From positions 30,194,001 through 30,258,000 of the forward strand of contig CM022670.1 in the NCBI GenBank assembly GCA_012295275.1: DNA of 64,000 nt, in the 5' to 3' direction. The translations under genes and the position numbers were made by a program. This DNA is from Chrysomallon squamiferum (taxonomy: Eukaryota > Animalia > Mollusca). The notes under the pieces were generated by a model. It was not told the origin of the DNA. It saw only the letters and a program-made list of their open reading frames with translations, and made no database searches. The stretch's first letter is position 1. Every line of letters begins with the position of its first letter. This document shows, piece after piece, positions 53,757 through 64,000 of this stretch.

Positions 53757-56700
53757 ACAACCACACACATAAACAATTTAAGGTACCTTGGGCTTTCAGG
53801 GATATTTACTGTTACCTGGCCAGTTGAAACTTTTGAAGAAAACAATGACATACATCTGTAAGTAAGGAAATATGTTAAAATTATGTTTTGTTGACAGGTT
53901 ACTGACTGACTGACTATCATGTTACTCTGATAAAACTAGTTCAGTTCTGATAGAGATCAGAAAATTACAGATGATAATATGTTAATGTACAAAAAGTATC
54001 AACAACAACAACAACAAACCAGGAAAAGCGTCATTACTAAATATCTTGATTTGGACATACCTAAAGTTTATAAAATTTAAAAATATACAATCAAATTAAA
54101 TTAAAAACAAAATCATAAAAGCCTCAGTTTTCCCATAGTTTTTAAGAGTAGTCATTCAAACCAAAACACATATTTATCGCTGGACCAAGGGCAATTTGCA
54201 GTGTAAACAACAAATAAATCACAAATGAGACCAGTGACACACTGTACATATATGTCCTGAATGTTTCTGCGTCAAAAGGAAACCAAATGAATACAGCTTG
54301 AAAAGAAAAAGATACACATCTATATACAAATAGTTTATAATTTATATATATATATATACACACACACATACACAAAAGAAAGAGAGCGAGAGAGAAAGAG
54401 CGAGAGAGAGAGAGAGAGAGACACGTTATTAGTGTTTATCATTTAAAATTTTAAATCACTTCTGTCAGTAATTCAACCTACCTAATAAAATGTTGTAACA
54501 GTTTAATTTATATCAGTTTCTTATATCAAAAACTCAATCTTTAACTCTTCTAAACATAATTTACTTCCACATGGATATGGACATAAAAAAGATATAATAA
54601 ACATTTTAACTGTTAAGAAACCTTAACACATCTGAACATTAATTTACTTACACTATAACACACACACACACACCCTCTTATACCCTTTAAAAGGAAAAGA
54701 AGATGGAGGAAAATTTAACAAAATCTTGACAGGAATAGACAAATGGCAAACTCCCAAGTATGCTTAGTTTATTACAAGATGAAATTTCAACAACAAGGAC
54801 ACAAAATGTGAGGAATCCTTCAGCAAATAGGTCTGTCTGCCAGTCTGTTCATCGCTGCAGGAGTCAGCAGGCAGAATTAACCTGATATCAATTAGGCTAT
54901 TGTCTCAGCAATTGTTGATACTGGATTACCATGAAATCTTGAGATTTGTGATTTATCCTGCTCAAGGTTTTGTGTGTAAATGACAAACAACTGACATTAA
55001 GTATGAATATGAACATGACCTAGAATGTTTTTATTTGCATACATACACACACACACACTCATGCATGCTTATACACTCATATGCATAAAATTGTGGTGGT
55101 AATCGTAACAGCAGATTTATAAGTTTTTAGTGTTTTAAGTGTTTTTAAAGCTAACATTTATTATTATTATTATTATAATGTATAATAATAATATATATGT
55201 ATAATCATACATACATACATACATACCTAAAAGTGATGCAAGTTACTGGATAAAATTATTTGTAAACATATATGAATGACTTACTATTTGAACCATGGTG
55301 TTTTTTGCCTGTTGAACATAATTTATACAAACCTTACTCAGTACAAACATCCCATACAATGCAATACAATACAGTACACTGCAGTAAAATAATTTAACAT
55401 CATTTATATGTAAATAAGTCATATCTGCTCATGTAAAACCACACAGTAAAACATTTAATAAATATTATTTAACTCTATTTAATAAGACAGTAGTGATTAA
55501 CACAAAAAAAAAACAGTACTATACTTAGTAGTATGGCACTACTACATTTGATAACAATGTTCAAAACTGCAATCAAAATGCAACTCTAAATTAAAATTAA
55601 AAAACAAAACACATAGTAGAAGATTTAACAACATGATACTGCAGTACTTTAAAAATATAATACAATATTTAATAACATAACATTGTAGTATATTTTGTAA
55701 CAACACAGCAGTACATAATAAAGTATAATATAATACTGATATGACAGTTGAACATTTAATTACATAATAGTATTTAATTCATTACTATTAAATTGTGGTG
55801 CATTTAATAATTTAACATACATACATACTATGATGGATCCTCATTAGTGCCTCTTAGCCAGACCTGTTTTTAATTATAATTTTGTTTTTTATATAGTGAA
55901 GTATAGAATATCCACAAAATCTCTATTTTTATATGCCCATTAAAGCAGAATATCTGCTACATTTCATCTTAAATATCTTATTATATTGTGGTAATATTTA
56001 TTTAGCTACCTTGTATAATCATGTTTATAATTTACATTTTTACAGTTCTTAACTGTTTACTGAATTAATGACAGAAAATGGATGTATATACACAAAAACT
56101 AAATAGCAGAGCGTATGCAGACATACATGGGCTATTTAGGTTATATAATTAGGGAAAGTTCTGTTACTTAATAAACTAAGAAACAAACTCAAAATTGGCA
56201 TTAAAAGCTGCAAAGTAAATTCAGAAAGGAGGTGTAGATCGAACACCCAAGTGATGGGTATATAAGTAGTGGCACATGTTTTGAACAAGAGCTCTTTGAT
56301 CTGTTCCCTTCTTGAGAGTCTTTGTGGGAAAATGCAGACAATGGTAATTATGTATTAATGTTTTGTATATGTAACACACATCTTGAATGATTGAACATAG
56401 CTAAATCTATTACTGTTGAATTTTTATAGTGTTATTCTGTGGTACGTACTTACATTTTTAAAACAAAGATAATATATTTTAATAATTAATAAGCATATTT
56501 AGAAAGATCAAGTAACCAACTGGTCTGAATTAATTTTGTATTATTTGTCAACGCTATTTGCTTTATATATATATATATAAAACAGTTATCCATATTTTAT
56601 CCATTTTTGTTTGTGTTATTGTCCTCTAGTGGATATGGAATAGTCATTTAGCACGAGCCAAATTTTATGTAGTAATACCACTCAGACTAGTCACCATGAC

Positions 56701-58047
56701 ACATACATACACAGAGACATACAAATAAAAATATAAATGTAACAAAACTAATCTTCTACTATTAAAAACCAACACAGAAAACCCACAAACAACTAAAAAC
56801 CAATCCTAAAACAAACTTAGCTATAACAGTATAAAATTCAAATGTTTTGGGGGTAATAATATTAAAATAACTTCATTAACATACCTAACATAATAACTAA
56901 AGCCTAAGTTTTTTAATCTGTCTTGTTTGGATTCAGAGCTGGATAAAACAAAATTGTTCTAGTCCTTGTCTTTAAAAACATAATATGAAAGAAGTGTTTA
57001 AAGGAATTTCCTGAGATGTATGTTTCATCTATTACAAATGTTTGTAGGTACAAGTGTTACTGAATGTCAACAGACACAAGTGTTTGTTGGAATTCATTTC
57101 AATGAGAAACCCACAAAATCAAGCCTCAGAATGTAATACACACTTTAATATTTACACTTTGAGCTTTGAAGCATACCTGCAAATCTGCTCTGATAAAAAA
57201 AATAAAAAAATATGGAAAACACAAACTTAAAGATATAAAGTATAACTGCAATAAATTTGCATGTCAGTTGTATGTCAATAAAAATACAGTTGCATGTCAG
57301 TACTTATACGAAGAAATTCGGTACTAATTTAAAGAAGATACAACTGTATATCAGTAAAGATACAACACAATTAATACAAGCAAAAACAAGGATACAATTT
57401 TTTCAATACAAAGATGATAAAAACAGTTATGATAATTATATCGGATACAGTCCAAATACATATCAACAAAAATATCAAAATATATAAAATGAACAATATG
57501 TATACAACTATACCACTGTGACTATCCATACAACTATATCAATATTAATACAAAGATAAAACTACAATCAACAATGCATTCAGCCATTATTGACAATATC
57601 TTAGTCTATAGAAAATATTTTTAAAAAAAAAAAAAAAAAAAATAAATAAATAAATAAATAATATATATATATATTGATATTTTTTATATAAATATAAAAT
57701 AAAAAATAATAACTGGGGGGTTAAAAAGAATCTCAAAATCATCTGCAAATCTGTTTTGAATTAAAAAAATAAAAATAAAAATCTGATGAATACAGTTAAA
57801 GATATAACTGCAAAAAAGAGTCTTGTAACTTATATTCTTTTTATAGTTTAATACTGCATCAGTATTGTTTATGACAATAAAAGCATACACAGATATCACA
57901 AATTTATTCAATAAAATATGTCTACCATGAACAAAATGACTGCAGTATGCTTATCGATAAGAATGTTTTTAATGCATTAATTTCCTAACACAGAGTTGTG
58001 AACATCTGGTGAACCTGCAGATCCATTAACAAACTGTATATAAACTA

Positions 58048-58637
58048 CAGTGGTACCTTGACTTACGAGTTTAATTTGTTCTGTGACTGAGCTCATAACT
58101 CAATTTGCTCCTAAATCAAATCAATTTTCCCCAATTGAAATTAATTGAAATACCATTAATCTGTTCCAGACCCCCCAAAACCAACCAATTTTTTGTAACA
58201 TGCTTTTAAATAAGAAAAACGTATGTATAAATGACAAATATTGTATAAAAAAAAAAAGAAAAAAAAAAGAGATTGTAAAGAAATAAATTGGTCTGGTAAA
58301 GTTTACAGTGTTAGGGTTAGGCTGGAGTTATAGCCTTTATTGACTCCTTCTGCTTCAGTATGGTACGTCATAAAAGTTTGGCAAAATACCGCACAAAACA
58401 AGAGCACTACACAACAGAGATGTTTTTATGGTGAGGTAACCACGTGAAGTAAACAAGTGAGAAGCAGGATACTGGCGGATTTTGTGTTGTTTTGTTGTGC
58501 CAACTAGCAGCAGTGTATCTGAAGTTCGCTCGTAAGTCAGATTCTGGCTTGTAACTCAAAGCCAAAAAATGACTGGGCAACTGCTCGTAACTTGGAAAAT
58601 TCCTAAGTTGGAGCATTCATAACTCATGGGACCACTG
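58048..58637 (-). mobile_element. Tigger/pogo non-autonomous derivative, copy C (inverted, more deleted)
   Basis: TA|CAGTGGTACCTTGACTTACGAG ... GGGACCACTG|TA. Reverse complement of copies A and B. Confidence 0.92.
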
Positions 58638-60120
58638 TATTTATCTTCAGTCTGCCAACCTTTTTTCATTATTATTTTCTTTTACTGTATTATTATTATT
58701 TTTTTTGTTATTGATATTTATTTTTCTTTTTTTTTTAATTCTTCTTTTTCCCTCTTTTGAACCTCACTGATTTTCTACTGTAAAATAGAGTCAGTGGAAT
58801 TTAGATAATAATAAATCTCAATTAAAAAATGTGATGAAATACCATAAAACATTCATTTTTGTTCATTTTACTTTTATGTGTGTGTCCAATCATGACCTCA
58901 CAAACCCCATCAGATGCTGCTAACGATACTTGAACGTATGGCACCCATTTGCCCGCACTCCTAAGGTAGACAACATTACCATTCAGCCATCAAGTAGTAC
59001 TTAATGATGACATTAGCTTTCTTGTTTCAGATATGACAAAAAAAACCTTTCAGTTATTACATTAACATCAGAGGAGTTTACTTTTTAAAAAATAAGATTA
59101 ACATTTGATAATCTTATGAAATGTTTGGTAGAAAAAATTAAATGTTATATCAAATAAATCTGATGTATTCAGTGTGGCATTTTTGTCATTTCTAAATAAT
59201 TAAATACAATGTCAAAGAAACTGAAATTGATTAATAATTATTATTTATAAATATGATATGTCTTTCTCATTTTTAATCAATAATGGTGTCCACAAATTAT
59301 AAATATGTAATTTTTGTTCTAACAGGTTAAAAATGATTTTAAAATGTCCAATTCATGTAAAAACACAAACATACACATATTTACATACATACACTTTTGC
59401 AGCAAAAAAATCACATCATATTTATGAAGATATAAAGATGTTAAAAATATATATATTATCCTTTTGTAAATGAATTTGTGTTCTCAGTTCTGGATAAAAT
59501 CCAGGTAAACTGTCATTCACAGTCCACTTGACACTATACCTTGAATTATCCCCTGGGCAGTATGAGGTCAGTAGAAAATCACAGCAGTCAAAACCTACCT
59601 TAGTCATCTTTTGTGTCACACTAAACACTAACATTTAATTTGTGCATGTTATATATTTCATATCTGTATGTTAATGCAAAGTGGCTGATTAATTTTTATT
59701 ATTTTTATTTATTTATACAAGAACATACAAGAAAAAGAAAACCTAAATAAAAATAATGGTATTTAGGTATTTATTATTAATTAATTGGAAAACAAAAATT
59801 AGTGATTTTAATAATCAGAAGTGTCTATACATAAACGTGTGTGTTTGTGTACAGTGGTACCATTCATACAATTAATATGTTAATTACATCATTTTAATAG
59901 CCGACCTAACTTATTATTATGACTCACAGATGCTTTTTAAATATCTTGTATTAAATATAATCATTAATCTCATTAGAGCTTTTTCATACATAAAGACAAT
60001 TGTAATCATTAAATAATAATAATCATAATAATAAATTCAGTCACTGTGTTAATTGTTTTCATTATGGTATTATTAGTCAATGAATTAAATATGAAGAAAT
60101 GAAAACTAGGAAAACTCTAC

Positions 60121-60230
60121 CTGGAATCAGCTCTCATCCTCATCTGTCCATTGCTGTATTTAGGAACAGTGGCTGATATTTGAATGTTCTTCAGTATCAT
60201 CTGTCGTCTGCTGATGCTACACCACGACAT
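60121..60230 (-). CDS. Candidate first coding exon of host gene (phase-2 donor)
   Basis: gaaaATG start (A at -3), open frame MSWCSISRRQMILKNIQISATVPKYSNGQMRMRADS, donor CCAG|gtagag. Lies in a higher-GC unique island (~60120-60640). Confidence 0.4.
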
Positions 60231-60645
60231 TTTCACAACACATAACACTTTTTACAAAGTAACTCCAGCCATTACAGGACCACAGAAACAAACTCCTTTG
60301 AACATAACAGGAATCACCACAATTAGAAATCATACCAGCAGCACCTGCAGCAGTCTCTGATTAAGAGTCTGACACTGTTTTAATGAAAAGATTCAACATG
60401 ACAAGGATATGACAAACAATAGAAAGAAAATCCTGATCACATCCTCACAATCCTGTCAAAAGTATAGAAGTGAATAAACATCCCTGCATTCGACAGTTGC
60501 TAAGTCTTGCCAAACATGTAATGTCCCTGCACTTTGAAAACTGGCAAAGATTTTCTTTAAAGCTCTGGCTAGCTTTTTCTTTTATGCTAGAAAGGGCACA
60601 AAGCCATTTAAGCTAAGCAGGCTGTGTAACCCATGCAAGTTATGA

Positions 60646-61009
60646 GGTAGGTGTCTTCCCATTTGGTCAAATTCCCAGTTTGTCAAAATAACTTGTCTAC
60701 CCAAATACCTGATTACCTCTATATGTAATGAACTTGGTCTCTTCATGTTCATACAAGTTTTGATTATAGATGGACAATGGTTTATTTACCAGCATACATA
60801 CATATGGTGGTTTCTTTATTCTTCTTCTGCTGACATAATTTTTTTTTTTGTAAATCGATTATGTAACATCAACTGAAAGCAGAACAAGCTTTCACTACTC
60901 CTTTGTTGTAGATTATTTACTTTTCCAATCACAGCTAAAATGTTACAGTTCGTGAGTTTGATCTTCTTATTATTATTATTATCATAATCATCATCATTGT
61001 CGTCATCAA

Positions 61010-61046
<37 letters not shown>

Positions 61047-61960
61047 TAATCTGGTCATTTCTAATTCATCAACATTTCCTTTTCTTTAAAAAAAAAAATC
61101 CTAAATTTTATGATCAATTAAACACAAATTTCATTAAACATGTTTGTTTTTTTGTAGATGAACACCTTCTTTTTTAATTATTTACATTCAGCTACAGTCA
61201 GTACATGGACTATTTTGATATTTTGATATTTGCATACTTTATGTGATAAACAATATCCAGAGTACAATAATACCTCAGATTAACGATGTAATTGGGAGAC
61301 TAATTTACATAAAATTAAGGTTAAAAACAGTGGTTACGTTCTTCGCAATTGATATTTGACATAAAAAGAAATGTTAAATAAGGAGAAATAATACATAAAT
61401 CACTTACAAATCAAGTTATACAAATACATTAAGAAATAATTATATGTCGCTCATTGTGGGTTCATTTTTGTGGGTTTTGTGTTCATTTAAGATATCATAT
61501 TTTGTTTCTAAAGTTATTGTCTTCCATTTCTTTTTATCATCAGTATTTGCCACTGTGCTGTTATTCATTTTGACATATTGGATGGGTAAATTACAAAAGC
61601 ATTAAGTCTAAATGGAAGTAGAAGAGAAAAGAGAATCTGAAAATCACGTGTATTATGATGTCTGCATGTCAACTGATCAACATAGCTGAGGGAAGATTGT
61701 GAATGAATGAAAACTGACTTAAACACATGCATTATTTCAAGCAATTAACTATTAAATTTCTATTTATATAATTTGTAAAAAAAAAGATCATTAAAGCAGG
61801 GTATTGTTAAGTGAGATATTACTTATCTATACAATAATAATCAGTTTCCAAATAATCTGGAACAGTTCATTATAATGACTGAAGTAAAAACATGCATGTC
61901 AATAAGACCACTGAACCATATTTAGCCTTTGGACAAACTGGGAATTCGACTGAGTAAGCC
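60646..61960 (+). mobile_element. Complete non-autonomous MULE-family derivative (~1.3 kb, no transposase)
   Basis: (GGTA)GGTGTCTTCCCATTTGGTCAAATTCCCAG ... CTGGGAATTCGACTGAGTAAGCC. Exact 8-bp TSD AGTTATGA at 60638-60645 and 61961-61968. Confidence 0.92.
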
Positions 61961-64000
61961 AGTTATGAATGAGTTCTACAAGCTCTGATCACCTTGGGCA
62001 GTTCTCACACCAACAGGTAACTGAAACAAACATGCATCAGACTGATGCTGTTCAAGCCTTTACACTTTGCCTGAAAATCAATGGAATGTCTCAATTACAA
62101 GTAAATGTAAAGAATTTATGAATGCATTTTTTCCAAGGACTGGATTTAGAATTTTTCCACACAGATTCTGTTAGATAAATGTCTGTGTATGTGTATATAT
62201 GTATGAATGTATCTAAATATGATATATTAATATAGGTATATTTGTGTTTGTAAATGTCTGTAATATATGTATGTATACACAGACATGTATACATGTTGAA
62301 CCTAAGTATAAATGTGACTACATATGCACGCATGGATGCATGTATGTATAGATTTGCATAAAGTATATAAAACAGAAAAATTTGTTTCAATGTGAGCTAA
62401 TCACAACATACACAGAGCAAATTTAGCCTTAAAGATTTAAGTAAAGATGCTTACCTACAACTTAACTTTATTAAACACATTACAAAGTACTATTATAGTC
62501 ATGTTGAGGCATTATGTTCAGAAAACCAGTGTGTTGCTTGGCTTAATTAAACTGGTTAATATGTCTTGGGTGTAATTAATAAATTTAATGATAATATGTG
62601 TGTAAAATGGATCATTAACTTAATTCTGATTTGGTAAAATGTAAATTTTTACAGTTTGCCTGCCAAAACATTGCTGGAAATTTTTGTTTTTTATTTTTGT
62701 TTTTTTTTAAATAATAAACATTAATAAAACATTTATACTCTTCATTAAAAGTGAGAAATGCCACATACACTGACAAACAAAAAGAATGTTAAATAAAATA
62801 GCCAATATATTGGATATAAAGAATTGATAGTTTTCTTTGAAATTGTTTCTCTGAAGATTTAGTTTTTAACATGATTGTAAATGACTTAATTTGCATTAAA
62901 GTTCAAGTTATCACAGGTTCAGTATATACATGTTTTTATTTTTATTTTAAATTAGCAAATAGACTTTCTTTCTCATTAAAATCAAGCACCATCTTGTCTT
63001 GTACTGCAGGTAAATAATTTGTCAAATATTTATCCTGTCAAGATGTTTTGCTCTATCTTTTGGTCATGTACAATCTGAACATGGTATCTGAACAGGTCAA
63101 ATTCCATCCAGTCCGATCTTAACCACTGTACATTTCTTGTCAATTTATAACATGTATGATCTGATGCATCAGTAATTTATTGTTTAATAATCTAAAGTTG
63201 TTTTGATTTATTCCATTATTAGTTAGAATGTTTTTGAAATGTAAATGATGATCAGGTTAAAATTAGTCACTTAGTGTATATAATTAACAGTCATTAACTA
63301 TGCAACTTTGTGTTTGTCAAATTCTAATTATCATTTTATACAAAAGAGAAAAAAGATGATTTTTAAAAATGAAAAATTTATTAAAAAGCTTAAAAGAGAT
63401 TTCTATATCATTATATGAAATTATTTCTTTGATTTTTTTTTTTCACTGTTTGATAAAATTACATTATAATATTTATATATATCATTTTCCTTTTTGTTTA
63501 ATTTATTCTGTTTTTTATAGTATTTATTGTTCACATAATGTGTTCATACACATTCATATCCAGGGACACTTATTCTTTTTTATTCATATATTTTTTTATG
63601 AAAAAAAAGAACAAAAAAAGAACAAAACCCCCATTCTTCATTGACAAGATTTACATGCACATATATTTTATGATACAAATGGTTACAATAAACTTATACA
63701 CTATCACAGAAGACCACAGCTATGTACATATAGCTGTAGTCATTAAGTCTAACACCAAATGAAATCACAGCATGCCTCAATCCTGATGATAACCATTCCT
63801 AGATAATAAGAAATTTATTAAGCTTTATCTGTTCTTGTGGAATTTCTGAATGTGATGGAAATGTTCACAAGTGCCTACAAGATTCACAAAGTAGCACTTT
63901 CTTCTTTTGTGGTCATGCAGCCCACATATACATTTCAATGGGTATTATCAGCAGTTGTAAGTCTGCTATGGTAAATCCCAGCTTATTTACCTGGCTATTA

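Noticed and set aside
53816-53855. 40-nt minus-strand segment bounded by ttacag and gtaac as a micro-exon
   Set aside because: Weak pyrimidine tract, and the length is not a multiple of 3, so it would break the frame between the candidate exons.
56200-56725. Solo-LTR-like TATATAAG stretch and a Helentron/HINE-like fragment
   Set aside because: No TG..CA ends, TSD, second copy or hairpin could be identified.

Overview
AT-rich, CpG-depleted, microsatellite-rich animal genomic DNA (invertebrate-like, possibly molluscan; the taxon is an inference). There are no prokaryotic genes, CRISPR arrays, or recognisable rRNA/tRNA. The window is a graveyard of cut-and-paste DNA transposons. It holds five copies of one FLYWCH/MULE (Phantom-like Mutator) family with 8-bp TSDs: one near full-length but pseudogenised, one with a copy of its own family nested inside, and all carrying an embedded TA-flanked MITE. 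A second Mutator-like foldback family has two copies, one enclosing an Academ transposase fragment. There are also a deleted Tc1 (DD34E) element, a DUF4817-type Tc1/mariner relic, three Tigger/pogo derivatives, a pogo/Fot1-like derivative with an open PHD-finger ORF, and two hAT MITEs. Two phase-compatible candidate exons on the minus strand (60121-60230 and 4664-4822) suggest that most of the window is one very large intron of an unidentified host gene. The most unusual non-TE signal is a 120-aa minus-strand ORF (32301-32663) with a hydrophobic leader and three indel-free 28-aa repeats with KKR sites, resembling a peptide precursor. All calls come from reading the sequence by eye; no searches were run.
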